From a bacterium (GTDB taxonomy: Bacteria; Patescibacteriota; Patescibacteriia; JAGPKW01): a DNA stretch of 64,000 nucleotides. The notes under the pieces are model-generated. The model was not told the DNA's origin. It ran no database searches and saw only the letters and a list, made by a program, of their open reading frames with translations. Positions 23,443-34,843 of this stretch are shown piece by piece. The position numbers and the translations under genes are program-made. The stretch is from positions 150,538 through 214,537 of the forward strand of contig JAJXYN010000009.1 in the NCBI GenBank assembly GCA_021780535.1, read 5' to 3'. The stretch's first letter is position 1, and the number at the start of each line of letters is the position of its first letter.

Positions 23443-23661
23443 TTATTTTTCTATATGAATACAAGCAACTGGGCAAACATCAACCGAACTTTGAGCTGTA
23501 GGTATTTGATCTTCTGTTATTTCTAGAGAACCTCTATCATCTGCATCATAAGTACCACCATTTAAAATGATTTTGTCTTGTTCACTAAAAAATTCTGGAC
23601 ATACTGAAACGCAAGCCCCACAGTGGATACATTGATTTCTGTCATGTATTAATTTAGACAT
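23443..23661 (-). CDS. 4Fe-4S ferredoxin
   Basis: 72 aa with CIHCGACVSVCPE and CPVACI clusters. Immediately upstream of the por operon, so plausibly its electron acceptor. Confidence 0.7.
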   Translation of the reverse strand: MSKLIHDRNQCIHCGACVSVCPEFFSEQDKIILNGGTYDADDRGSLEITEDQIPTAQSSVDVCPVACIHIEK

Positions 23662-23727
23662 TTTTTTGTTTTAATTGTTAGATATTTTAGGAATTGTATC
23701 ATAATTTAAAATAAAATAAAATAGTAA

Positions 23728-24237
23728 TTATCTTATTAAACTATATAAACCTATTCCGAAAGATACAGAAACATTTAAAGATTCTTTTACCTTTCCATTC
23801 ATTGGTATTTCCAACATTATATCTATTTCATTTAAAATATTATCAGAAATACCATCAACTTCATTACCAACTATGAATAAAACTTTTGCATTTGGAATAA
23901 AATTATAGATATTATAATTTTTTAGTTTTTGGTTTTTAGTTTTTAGTTTTTTTAACTTATCTTCTTTTAGTTTTTCTAGCGCTACTATTTGAAATCCTTC
24001 TTTTTTTAGTTTTTTTATTAATCTTACTGGCTGTTTTATAGTTTCCCAATCAATTACCGATTCTGCTCCCAATGCTGTCTTTTGCATTTTTGGGTGTTCT
24101 GGTGTTGGTGTATAACCACCTAAATAAATTTTTTCTACAAACCCAAAACCTTCACTTGTCCTAAAAATAGATCCAACATTATGAATGGAACGAATTTTAT
24201 CACAATAAACTTGTACTATTAGATTATTTTCTGACAT
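23728..24237 (-). CDS. SpoU/TrmH-family RNA 2'-O-methyltransferase (TrmL-like size)
   Basis: IHNVGSIFRTSEGFG, LFIVGNEVDGIS and the C-terminal knot region SVSFGIGLY are characteristic SPOUT motifs. Confidence 0.7.
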   Translation of the reverse strand: MSENNLIVQVYCDKIRSIHNVGSIFRTSEGFGFVEKIYLGGYTPTPEHPKMQKTALGAESVIDWETIKQPVRLIKKLKKEGFQIVALEKLKEDKLKKLKTKNQKLKNYNIYNFIPNAKVLFIVGNEVDGISDNILNEIDIMLEIPMNGKVKESLNVSVSFGIGLYSLIR

Positions 24238-24249
24238 AAATTAATTTAA

Positions 24250-25512
24250 TTACATCTCTATAAATTTTGATTTAAAATTTACTTTTGTATCTTTTAATCC
24301 CCATAAAACAGATAAACCAGTAACTAATAAAATTACACCTAAATATAAAAATAATACTTTCATATCAGAAAAAGTTAATATTATTGAGGCTAATATTGGG
24401 CCAACAATGTATGCTAATGGAGACATTATTTTATAGAAACTTATTAAATCTATATTTTTTGTACTTACTTTTTTATAAAGATATACTTCTCTCATTATTT
24501 CTATTGCACTTGCTCCTATACGTGTTGTGAATAAGAGCAATGTAAACACTATTATATTTGTTGTAAAAAATAAAAGAAATGTTGAAATAGATATAATAAT
24601 AAAACCTGTCATTAATAATTCTTTTTCTCCTAACCATTTATCCGCAATTTTACCAGCTGGAAGTTCTATAATAACAAATGGGATTAATATTATACCTATA
24701 ATAATACCTATTTTATTCCACTCCAATCCTAATGTCTTATTCATATATATTGGAACATAAATTGCCATCCAACAATAAAATAAATTTAATAAAAAACTAA
24801 CAATGCTTATTCTTACTATGGAATCATTTTTTAATACTTTTTTTATATTAATACTTACAGTCCTTGTATGAGTTATTTTTATATTTTTAAAAGATTTTAC
24901 AAATAAAAATATTGTCGGTAAGGTCATTATTGCAGATAAACCAAAAACAAAATCAAAGCCTAGCTTGGATAATAAAATACCAGCTACTAATGGTCCGAAT
25001 AAAAATGTTAAATTCATCAATGTCCATTGAATTCCTTTTGTATTTCCTGTTGTGCCATCTACGGAATATTTTTCAACATAATAATCAACAAAAACAAAAA
25101 ATATAGATGATGTTATCTGATATAATATTATTGTAAAAATAACAAAAAAAGCTTCTTGTTTAATAAATATTTGTGATATTAATGAAAACATTAATAGTAT
25201 CATATTAAACAAAGCAACTTTGAAAATACCAAATTTTTTTATGATCTTTCCAAAAAAGAATATTAAGATAACCGCAATTATGTTTGGTAAAAGGTAAACT
25301 AAACTAACATATTTTTCATCTATAAATCTTGCTAAATAAGATGATAAAATATATGACAATAAAGCTGTGGCAAAACTAAAAAAAGCACCCTGGACAAATA
25401 AAGATCCTAACTTTTTTTTTCTAATAAATTCTACTTCGCTTGCTATAATGTCTTCTGTTTTTTCTATCTCCTTTTTTATGATTTTTTTTTCTGCTTTAAA
25501 ATTTTTTATCAC
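24250..25512 (-). CDS. MFS transporter
   Basis: 420 aa with about 12 predicted TM helices and two internally repeated halves. Confidence 0.55.
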   Translation of the reverse strand: MIKNFKAEKKIIKKEIEKTEDIIASEVEFIRKKKLGSLFVQGAFFSFATALLSYILSSYLARFIDEKYVSLVYLLPNIIAVILIFFFGKIIKKFGIFKVALFNMILLMFSLISQIFIKQEAFFVIFTIILYQITSSIFFVFVDYYVEKYSVDGTTGNTKGIQWTLMNLTFLFGPLVAGILLSKLGFDFVFGLSAIMTLPTIFLFVKSFKNIKITHTRTVSINIKKVLKNDSIVRISIVSFLLNLFYCWMAIYVPIYMNKTLGLEWNKIGIIIGIILIPFVIIELPAGKIADKWLGEKELLMTGFIIISISTFLLFFTTNIIVFTLLLFTTRIGASAIEIMREVYLYKKVSTKNIDLISFYKIMSPLAYIVGPILASIILTFSDMKVLFLYLGVILLVTGLSVLWGLKDTKVNFKSKFIEM

Positions 25513-25534
25513 CTTTTTATTTTTAACTCATTAT

Positions 25535-26014
25535 TTAAATAGCTATAAATTCTATGCTATCTTTTATTGTATCATATATTAAAAAACTTGGCTTATTATA
25601 CCTTGCCATAATGTCGCCGGGGTTAATAAGTTTTGCATTATTTAATAATTTAAAACTTTTTCTGTGTGTATGACCAAAGAATATTATATTATATTTTTTT
25701 AAACTTGATAAGTACTCTGCTACTGCTGGGAGATGTGTTATTGCTATTTTTTTATCATCTATTTCTATTTCTCCTATATCTTCAAATATCCCTATATTTG
25801 AATTTTTACATATTTTTTCTACTTCTGGATAATAATCACCATTGCCACATACTGCATATATTTGGATTGCTTCTATTTTTAATCTTTCTATTGTTTCTAT
25901 TCCTATATCTCCACAATGAAATAAAAGTTTTATTTCGCGGGAGCGAATTTCTTTTAAGGCTTTTTCTAGACGAAATAAATTGTCATGAGTGTCAGATATT
26001 ACTGCTATTAGCAT
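25535..26014 (-). CDS. YfcE/MJ0936-family metallophosphoesterase
   Basis: MLIAVISDTHDN, HCGDIG and FFGHTH metal-binding motifs. Confidence 0.7.
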   Translation of the reverse strand: MLIAVISDTHDNLFRLEKALKEIRSREIKLLFHCGDIGIETIERLKIEAIQIYAVCGNGDYYPEVEKICKNSNIGIFEDIGEIEIDDKKIAITHLPAVAEYLSSLKKYNIIFFGHTHRKSFKLLNNAKLINPGDIMARYNKPSFLIYDTIKDSIEFIAI

Positions 26015-26189
26015 TTTATAATATTATTAGCCTTAATAAATTAATAATAATATTTTCTTTTCCTAGTATTCCGCTCAATTGAGATATCATAAGAGCTTCA
26101 TAAAGGAACGAAAACATTATTATTAATTTATAATTTTCTATTTAGATTATACAATAAAAATAAGCGATTTGGAATCGCCTATTTTAATT

Positions 26190-26774
26190 TTATTTTGTAT
26201 CTTCACTAACTCTTTCTACGTATTCTTCTGTTTCTGTATTTACATTTATCAATTCTCCTGTTTTTATGAATGCTGGCACTTTTACTATTACTCCTGTTTC
26301 TAATGTTGCTTCTTTTAATACTTGTCCTCCTGCTGTATTTCCTCTATCTACTCCATCCATTGTTTCTGTAACTCTTAATGTTACTTTTAATGGCAATACT
26401 GCTTTTACTGGTTTATCATCTAATTTTAATATTGTAACCTTTTGTTCTGGTTTTAAAAATTTTAAATCTTCCTGACAAGCTTCTATTGGTAACTCTGTTT
26501 GCTCAAATGTTGCTGGATCCATAAAATATGCATATGATCCATCTTCATATAAATATTGAGCTGTTCTCATTTCTGTTTCTATTTTTTCAACTTTATCAAT
26601 AGAATTAAATGTTATATCTAGAACTTTTCCATTTATAATATTTCTTACTTTTGTAACCATTCTCGCCCCACCTGATTTTCCTAATTTTAAATGTTGAAAT
26701 TTTGTAACTATATATGGTTCTCCATTATATTTGAACGCTGTTCCATTCTTAAATTCTCCAGCTGGCATCATCAT
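26190..26774 (-). CDS. efp: Elongation factor P
   Basis: KNGTAFKYNGEPYIVTKFQHLKLGKSGGARMVTKVRNIINGK N-terminal KOW-like domain with the conserved loop Lys, plus two OB domains. Confidence 0.9.
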   Translation of the reverse strand: MMMPAGEFKNGTAFKYNGEPYIVTKFQHLKLGKSGGARMVTKVRNIINGKVLDITFNSIDKVEKIETEMRTAQYLYEDGSYAYFMDPATFEQTELPIEACQEDLKFLKPEQKVTILKLDDKPVKAVLPLKVTLRVTETMDGVDRGNTAGGQVLKEATLETGVIVKVPAFIKTGELINVNTETEEYVERVSEDTK

Positions 26775-26937
26775 ATCTTTATAATATTAATTATTATCTT
26801 GTTTTATAAGCTGTATTATATTTAATTTGCTATTTTTAGTCAATATTAAAGTAAACAAGAAATTACTAAAAAGAAATACATAACGAGTTTACATTACAAT
26901 ACTTTATTTTTTATTATTTTTAGGATATAAATATATT

Positions 26938-28002
26938 ATGAATAAAAATAATATTATAATTTTATCTATTGAAACTACTTGTGATGATACTGCTATTGCT
27001 ATATGTAAATACAGTGGCGATTCTTTTATAGTTTTATCAAATGTAATATCATCTCAAATTAAAGAGCATAACCCATTTGGTGGTGTTGTTCCAGAACTTG
27101 CATCAAGAGAACATATTAAAAATATTATTCCTGTTTTAGATCAAGCACTAAAAGAAGCTGATGTAAAATTAGGAGATTTGAATTACATTGCTATCACAAA
27201 CAAAGGTGGTGGGTTGATAGGTTCTATTGTTGTTGGCGTTGAAACTGCTAAAACTTTATCTTATTTATTAAATATTCCTATTATTTCCGTTAATCATATT
27301 AGAGGACATGTTTTAGTTTCTATGATTGAAAAAAAAGATGATAAAAAATATTCTATTATAAATCCTATTTACCCCATGATGGCACTTACTGTTTCTGGTG
27401 GGCATACTCAAATTATTTTAATTAAAAATTTTATTGATTGGGAGGTTGTTGGGAAAACGTTAGATGATGCTGCTGGTGAATGTTATGATAAAGTTTCTAA
27501 AATATTAGGCTTAGGATATCCTGGCGGACCTATTATTTCTAAGATGGCTGCAAGTGGAGATAAAACAAAAATAAATTTTCCAAGACCTATGATAAGTTCT
27601 CATGATTTTAATTTTTCTTTTTCTGGCCTCAAAACTGCTGTATTATACGAAGTGGAAAAATGGAAAAATGGAAAAATGGAAAAGTTTTCTGTAGAAGATA
27701 TTTGTGCTTCTTCTCAAGATGCTATTAACGATGTTTTAACTAAAAAAAGTTTAAAAGCGATAGAAAAATATTCTCCTAAGATTTTTATTCTTGCTGGTGG
27801 TGTTGCTGCTAATAAGGATTTAAGAGATAGATTAAAAGAAAATATTGAAAAAAATTCTGATAGTAAATTTATGATACCTGAAATTCCTAACTGCATGGAT
27901 AATGCTTTAATGATTAATATTGCTGCCTATTTTAATTTAAAAAATAATATTGATATTTTTGATTATAAAGATATTAATATAAATATTGAAAGAAAAATTT
28001 AA
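26938..28002 (+). CDS. tsaD: tRNA N6-adenosine threonylcarbamoyltransferase
   Basis: ILSIETTCDDTAIAI N-terminus, HIRGHV and SGGHTQI metal-binding motifs, and GVAANKDLRD near the C-terminus (Kae1/TsaD family). Confidence 0.9.
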   Translation: MNKNNIIILSIETTCDDTAIAICKYSGDSFIVLSNVISSQIKEHNPFGGVVPELASREHIKNIIPVLDQALKEADVKLGDLNYIAITNKGGGLIGSIVVGVETAKTLSYLLNIPIISVNHIRGHVLVSMIEKKDDKKYSIINPIYPMMALTVSGGHTQIILIKNFIDWEVVGKTLDDAAGECYDKVSKILGLGYPGGPIISKMAASGDKTKINFPRPMISSHDFNFSFSGLKTAVLYEVEKWKNGKMEKFSVEDICASSQDAINDVLTKKSLKAIEKYSPKIFILAGGVAANKDLRDRLKENIEKNSDSKFMIPEIPNCMDNALMINIAAYFNLKNNIDIFDYKDININIERKI

Positions 28003-28100
28003 ATAATTGTTGCATTTTTTTATCTTTCGTGTTATAATATGTGAACTAGCCGTTGGCTACGAAAATCACGAGCTTCAACTGCTCAAATATAGGAGTTGAT

Positions 28101-28613
28101 ATGAAAATAAACAAATTGGTTTTTGTTATTGTTTCTATTTTTTTCGTTTTCGTTGTTTCTTGCAAAGAAAATAATAACAACAACGAAAGAAGTCTTGCTA
28201 TTGTCAAACAAAAAATAGCAGATGAAGGAAAAAGAGAAGATCAAAAAAAAATGGTAGATCTCCTATTCTATGAAGTAAGGAGAAACAGCGAAACTCTTTG
28301 GGCAAATGACATTGTTTATAATATTAATAACTCTCAAAGAGATGGAGAAAATACCATAATTTTTAATAATAATGTATATATCGCAGGGAATACCCAAAAT
28401 AAGAAATATTCCTTGGAATCGGTCGTGTATAGAAGTGGCGGTTTTACTGGTTGTGAAATAAATAACACAACCATAAACCAGATCGTTGACCGATTTGGAG
28501 AACCAAAAAATAAAGAGTTTAATGTGAAATATGTATACAAAAAATATAATATGGCAATTTCCTTTCTTTTTGACGAGAAAGGAATATTAAAAAATATTGT
28601 ATTCAATCAGTGA
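28101..28613 (+). CDS. Hypothetical lipoprotein
   Basis: ATG at 28101 is preceded by AGGAG. Signal peptide with lipobox (FVFVVSCKENN). The ORF track's longer 28053 start lacks these features. Confidence 0.5.
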   Translation: MKINKLVFVIVSIFFVFVVSCKENNNNNERSLAIVKQKIADEGKREDQKKMVDLLFYEVRRNSETLWANDIVYNINNSQRDGENTIIFNNNVYIAGNTQNKKYSLESVVYRSGGFTGCEINNTTINQIVDRFGEPKNKEFNVKYVYKKYNMAISFLFDEKGILKNIVFNQ

Positions 28614-28618
28614 AAAAC

Positions 28619-28651
28619 AAGAGCGGGATTCAGATGAATCTCGCTCTTTTA
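28619..28651. terminator. Bidirectional terminator between the lipoprotein gene and groEL
   Basis: aagagcgggattcagatgaatctcgctctt hairpin flanked by A/T runs on both sides. The convergent genes end 6 and 8 nt away. Confidence 0.55.
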
Positions 28652-28658
28652 CTTTTTA

Positions 28659-30311
<1,653 letters not shown>

Positions 30312-30459
30312 TTAATTTACTTTGATTTATGACTTGCTAAATTTTAAATCTCACAGTGATTTTTCTATCTTCATTTTTTTTGGTTCTGCGAAGTGTTCTC
30401 AAACCAAAAAATAACGAAGCATAGAAAAACACTATTTAAGTTGTATTTATAAAGTTTAT

Positions 30460-30750
30460 TTATTCAATGATAGCCAATACATCACTCTCTTTCATTACTA
30501 AATATTCTTCACCGTCTATCTTAATTTCACTTGGAGAATATTTGCTAAACAATATCTTGTCTCCCACTTTTAATTCTAATGGCCTTATTTCTCCCTTATC
30601 ATTCGTTCTTCCTTTCCCTACTGCTATTACTTCACCTTGTTCTTTTTTTTCTCCCTTACTTGTTTCTGGTATTATTATTCCTGATTTTGTTATTTTTTCT
30701 TCTTCATATTGCCTTACTATTATATTGTCATATAGTGGTTTTAATTTCAT
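30460..30750 (-). CDS. groES: Co-chaperonin GroES
   Basis: 96-aa Cpn10 ([13 protein letters not shown]..., IIIPETSK mobile loop), located upstream of groEL. Confidence 0.95.
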   Translation of the reverse strand: MKLKPLYDNIIVRQYEEEKITKSGIIIPETSKGEKKEQGEVIAVGKGRTNDKGEIRPLELKVGDKILFSKYSPSEIKIDGEEYLVMKESDVLAIIE

Positions 30751-30930
30751 AATAAATATTTAGATAATTAAGTGATTAGATGATTAGAATTAATAATCTA
30801 TCTAATTATTAGCACTCTAATGTTTTAAGTGCTAATTTATTGTAATATTATTTTTTTTACTCGTCAATAGACCTTTAATAAATAAAACAAGACCACCTTA
30901 CGATGGTCTTTGATTAAAATTGATAATATT

Positions 30931-31419
30931 TTAGCTTGGATAAAATATTCTTTTCAATGTTTTTTCATCTAACCTTGAAATATCAAGGAGACTTTTTAAT
31001 GCATCATAAAACATCAACCTATCTCCCTTAACACTGAGTCGCATACAATAGCTAATCTGTAATGGGAAAAATTCAATAGGCGAGCCAGCTATCCCAATAT
31101 AATAATTTTTGCAGTCTAAATCTTCACAACAACAATAGCTAGCATTAATAGATGGAGTGCTTTGAAAACTACTATAACGTATTGAAAGATATTTGACTGT
31201 TTTTTTGTTGCATATTGGGCATATTTTCGAACTGACAAAAGGTTTTTCGCATAATGCAATAATATTTACAAGCTCTTGTTCATACACGTTCTTTTTTCTT
31301 GTTGGTAAGACTTTTTCTGTGGCCTTATTATAAAGATAAAGAAGTCTGCCATAATCAGTAAAAGCAAGCCATTCAAGTGTTTTCCCTTCATTCTTGCCAC
31401 TCTTAAACCTATATAACAA
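30931..31419 (-). CDS. Hypothetical Cys-rich protein (CPICNKKT...CCCEDLDCKNYY)
   Basis: Open frame with a zinc-ribbon-like CxxC and a Cys cluster. Confidence 0.4.
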   Translation of the reverse strand: MLYRFKSGKNEGKTLEWLAFTDYGRLLYLYNKATEKVLPTRKKNVYEQELVNIIALCEKPFVSSKICPICNKKTVKYLSIRYSSFQSTPSINASYCCCEDLDCKNYYIGIAGSPIEFFPLQISYCMRLSVKGDRLMFYDALKSLLDISRLDEKTLKRIFYPS

Positions 31420-31518
31420 GATTCACCCCCTCTATGGAAAGGAATAATTTAATACATTAGTAACATAAATCATTATATTTTGCAATATTATGTATTTTAT
31501 TATGTATTTTATTATTTA

Positions 31519-32034
31519 TTATAAAATTATTTTTAAATTTTCTAATATCATTTTCTTAAATTCATCTCCTAATTCATAGTATTCTTTTCCATTTTTCTTT
31601 GTTTTTTTAAAATCTAACTCTACCCCATCTGTTTGTAATTCAACAAGATAATATATTATTTTTTCTACCTTTTTTTCAAGTAGTTTTTGAATATTAAAAA
31701 TTCCTCTTATATAGTCATCCACCCTTATTTTCACCTCTGCCGAATATTCTCCACTTTCTGTTTTAATTTTTTTATTTACAAAAATATATATTCTTTTTTG
31801 TGTTTTTTTTATTCCATTTTCATTATTTAAAATTTCAAAATCTTCTTCTTTTATATTATTTATTTTTGATTTAAATATTTTTGTATAATTATTTAATCCT
31901 TCTGATTTCAATTCTAAAATATGTGGTTTTTGTTTTTCCTCTTCTTCGGCAGCTCTTTTTAACTCATCTATAATATTCATCATTTCTTTATATGTTGGAT
32001 CTATTTCACTTTTTGGTATTAGTTCTAATGGCAT
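31519..32034 (-). CDS. Hypothetical protein (171 aa, Lys/Glu-rich)
   Basis: Open frame, 2 nt upstream of tsaE. Confidence 0.4.
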   Translation of the reverse strand: MPLELIPKSEIDPTYKEMMNIIDELKRAAEEEEKQKPHILELKSEGLNNYTKIFKSKINNIKEEDFEILNNENGIKKTQKRIYIFVNKKIKTESGEYSAEVKIRVDDYIRGIFNIQKLLEKKVEKIIYYLVELQTDGVELDFKKTKKNGKEYYELGDEFKKMILENLKIIL

Positions 32035-32036
32035 AT

Positions 32037-32477
32037 TTATTTTATATTAATATCTCTTTCATTTTCTCCTACTATATTAAAATATATTTCTTTTTTGTTG
32101 TCTGCTGGTATATATGAATTTATTTTCGTGCTCCATTCTATAAAAACTATAGAATTTTTGTCTCCAAAATATTCTAATACTCCTGTTTCTAACATATTAT
32201 CTTCATCTTCTATTCTATATGCATCTATATGAATAATATTTTTTATATTTGTTGGAGTACAATTAATCGTACCTAAACATTTTAAATGGTTTGCTATTAT
32301 AAAAGTTGGGGATATTATCTCGTCTTTATCTATCCCAAAATATTCTGCTATTCCCTTCATAAACATTGTTTTTCCTGCACCTAAATTACCATACAAACAA
32401 ACTACTTCCCCACCTTTTAATGTTGATGCGAATTGTTTTGCTATTTCTATTGTTTGTTCTTGTGAATTTGAAAACAT
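32037..32477 (-). CDS. tsaE: tRNA threonylcarbamoyladenosine biosynthesis ATPase TsaE
   Basis: VVCLYGNLGAGKTMFMKG P-loop and the size typical of YjeE/TsaE. Confidence 0.8.
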   Translation of the reverse strand: MFSNSQEQTIEIAKQFASTLKGGEVVCLYGNLGAGKTMFMKGIAEYFGIDKDEIISPTFIIANHLKCLGTINCTPTNIKNIIHIDAYRIEDEDNMLETGVLEYFGDKNSIVFIEWSTKINSYIPADNKKEIYFNIVGENERDINIK

Positions 32478-32534
32478 GTTTTTAATTTTAGAATTTAATA
32501 ATTTAGAAACAATGTTTTAATTTAAAATTTAGAA

Positions 32535-33959
32535 TTATTTTTTAATAATTTGCATTATCATTTGTTTATCTATTCCACCTATTATAAACAATGATATGAA
32601 ATATATCAAAATTGCTGATGGCAATGTTATAAATATATCTGCATTTAGAAATTTCTTTAACGAATATATACCTAAGCACATTATTATACTTGCTATAACT
32701 GTTTTGCCTACATTTTTAAAAGATGGCAATTCTTTTACTTTTTCATAAGTTAGAACGAAAGCTAAAATCGCTATAAATCCTTCTATTAATATTTTTATAT
32801 AAGGGATTACTTGATAAGAATAAATTGGAATTAATGCCAAATATAAAACAACTGACGAAAATGCTGCTATTGCATATCCAAACATCATTTTTTTCTGATT
32901 ATTTACTGCTATTACAGTATTTGTGAAAATATTTCCCAATGTTATTATCCCCATAACTACACAAAGAATTGATAGAACCGGGCTTGCTCCACTAAAATCT
33001 TCTCCTGCAAGTAATACCATAATATCTTTAGACAATAAGAAACCACCCATCATTATTGGTATTGCCATCATAGATAAAAAATCAAATGCTTTTTGTAATA
33101 AATTTTTAAATCTTAGTTTATCATTTTCTTTAAAAGCTTTATCAAAAACCGGTAAAAGTAAACTCATAAACATTGCAGGTATCATTATGTATATCTCTAA
33201 TATTTTATATGCTGCTCCATATATACCAACATCAGCATTGCTTTTAAATAGCGTTAATATGAATGAATCTGCTCTAAAATAAACTAAATTAAATATTACT
33301 GACAACGCAAATGGGGCTGATAATTTTAAAATATCTTTCCATAATTTTACATCAACTATAAACTTTGGTTTTATGTATTTTCTTACCCCAACATAAACAA
33401 CTACAACAGAAAATAATCCAGTAACAGCTGATGCTATTATTATTGAAACTAATCCTAAATTCAATCTCCAAAGTATAAATATTGATAATAAAAATGATAT
33501 TCTAGTTACTAATTCTCCAATTATTAATGGGATAGTATTAAGCTTTTTTTGTAAAAGTATTGACCATATTTGAGAAAAATTTGAAACTAAATAACTAAAC
33601 GAGAATATAAAAATACCAATAATAACTTCTTTTTCATAATGTAGAAATAATGAAAAAAATGGAGTAATTAATATTAATAAATTTAGAAAAAATCTAAGTG
33701 TTAGTATTTTATTTAATATTTCTTCTGACTTTTCATCACTCTCGTGTGATATATATTTCAGTGTGGCATTGGATAAACCAAAATCTAAAAGCACTGACGT
33801 GAGTTGGAAAAATGTTAATACTTTTGTGTACATCCCAAACCCTTCTACCCCTAGATGTCTTGTCATTATGCCTATTGCAAGTACCCCAAAAAATATTGAA
33901 AAAAATCTTCCTATAAATTGTATCATTGTATTGTATGCTATTTTCTTTGCAAAAGACAT
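32535..33959 (-). CDS. MOP-superfamily oligosaccharide/lipid-II flippase (Wzx/MurJ-like)
   Basis: 474 aa with about 14 TM helices, typical of polysaccharide-biosynthesis flippases. Confidence 0.55.
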   Translation of the reverse strand: MSFAKKIAYNTMIQFIGRFFSIFFGVLAIGIMTRHLGVEGFGMYTKVLTFFQLTSVLLDFGLSNATLKYISHESDEKSEEILNKILTLRFFLNLLILITPFFSLFLHYEKEVIIGIFIFSFSYLVSNFSQIWSILLQKKLNTIPLIIGELVTRISFLLSIFILWRLNLGLVSIIIASAVTGLFSVVVVYVGVRKYIKPKFIVDVKLWKDILKLSAPFALSVIFNLVYFRADSFILTLFKSNADVGIYGAAYKILEIYIMIPAMFMSLLLPVFDKAFKENDKLRFKNLLQKAFDFLSMMAIPIMMGGFLLSKDIMVLLAGEDFSGASPVLSILCVVMGIITLGNIFTNTVIAVNNQKKMMFGYAIAAFSSVVLYLALIPIYSYQVIPYIKILIEGFIAILAFVLTYEKVKELPSFKNVGKTVIASIIMCLGIYSLKKFLNADIFITLPSAILIYFISLFIIGGIDKQMIMQIIKK

Positions 33960-34151
33960 GTAGGTTTTGTTATATACACAATTAATCGCGTCTGTGCTAT
34001 TTTTATATATTTATATTTTATAGGAAATACAACGAAACTTCAACTTTTTAAATTAAAAACCGTTTTCATTATGCATGTTATTACGCTTACTTGCTATTTT
34101 ATTTAATTTTGCTATAATTGTTTTCATGATTTTGTTATAAATATATAAGAC

Positions 34152-34238
34152 CTGGGTAGTTGGCGGAGTGGTCAATCGCAACAGACTGTAAATCTGTCGG
34201 CCTACGGCCTTCGGGGGTTCAAATCCCTCACTGCCCAC
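34152..34238 (+). tRNA. tRNA-Tyr (GTA), long variable arm, CCA encoded
   Basis: Acceptor GGGTAGT/ACTGCCC with one G-U pair. Anticodon loop ACTGTAAATCT gives anticodon GTA. Extended variable arm GTCGGCCTACGGCCTTC. T-loop GGTTCAAATCC. Discriminator A followed by CCA. Confidence 0.85.
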
Positions 34239-34242
34239 CACC

Positions 34243-34280
34243 ATAAATAATATCACGCAAGTGATATTATTTATTTATTT
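34243..34280 (+). terminator. Rho-independent terminator after tRNA-Tyr
   Basis: 12-bp perfect stem aaataatatcac / gtgatattattt with a gcaa loop, followed by atttattttt. Confidence 0.6.
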
Positions 34281-34340
34281 TTGAAAATAAAAAATAGCTC
34301 ATTTTACTGAGCTATGTATTCAATCTTGTCTCAAAATTCA

Positions 34341-34514
34341 TTTGGCACTAGATGGTTCGCAAAATTCTTTTTTTATTAGCAATTTTTTCTCTAAATTATA
34401 AATAGCCTCTGCGTATAAGCTACACAGTTGAAAACTTTCTCCTCTTTCCTGAAAACAATAATAAGAACCTTTATCATACAATCTACATAAATGAACAAAT
34501 GGACATTCATTCAT
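34341..34514 (-). CDS. Small Cys-rich protein (57 aa), translationally coupled to the upstream 67-aa gene
   Basis: MNECPFVHLCRLYDKGSYYCFQERGESFQLCSLYAEAIYNLEKKLLIKKEFCEPSSAK. Start overlaps the upstream stop in ATGA. Below the ORF-track size cut-off. Confidence 0.35.
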
Positions 34515-34714
34515 TTTCTAGCCTCCATATATTCTTTTTCAAGAGATTTAATACCTTTTTCCACACTTCTCCACACTTCATCCGATTCTTTAACTCTATG
34601 TTCCATTATTAAACATTGAATACCTCTAGGGGGGCATTGATTTGTACAGTTTTCGGAAAAACGGCAAGCTCTCGTTCTCATACTACCTCCAAATGCTTTG
34701 ATATCAAGACCCAA
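34511..34714 (-). CDS. Small Cys-rich protein (67 aa)
   Basis: MGLDIKAFGGSMRTRACRFSENCTNQCPPRGIQC... Local GC is noticeably above the genome background. Its TGA stop overlaps the ATG of the next small gene (ATGA). Confidence 0.45.
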   Translation of the reverse strand: MGLDIKAFGGSMRTRACRFSENCTNQCPPRGIQCLIMEHRVKESDEVWRSVEKGIKSLEKEYMEARK

Positions 34715-34843
34715 CTAATTTTTTTAATTTTACTTAGAGAAGTCTCTCTTGTTTTAAACACTTTAATAAAATTTAACATTATTTCCGTAAAAATACAACT
34801 AATAAATAAAAAAGCAGGATTTTTAGTCCTGCTGTTTGTTATT

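Noticed and set aside
34053-34256. Minus-strand 67-aa ORF overlapping tRNA-Tyr
   Set aside because: It overlaps a well-formed tRNA and has no coding signal.
34511-34513. Possibility that TGA is recoded (code 25, Gly) so that the two Cys-rich ORFs fuse
   Set aside because: Conserved genes throughout the window (groEL, leuS, recQ, efp) are intact under the standard code with no in-frame TGA. Read through, the frame after the TGA gives a hydrophobic junk peptide. An ATGA-overlapping second gene in the +1 frame is the better explanation.
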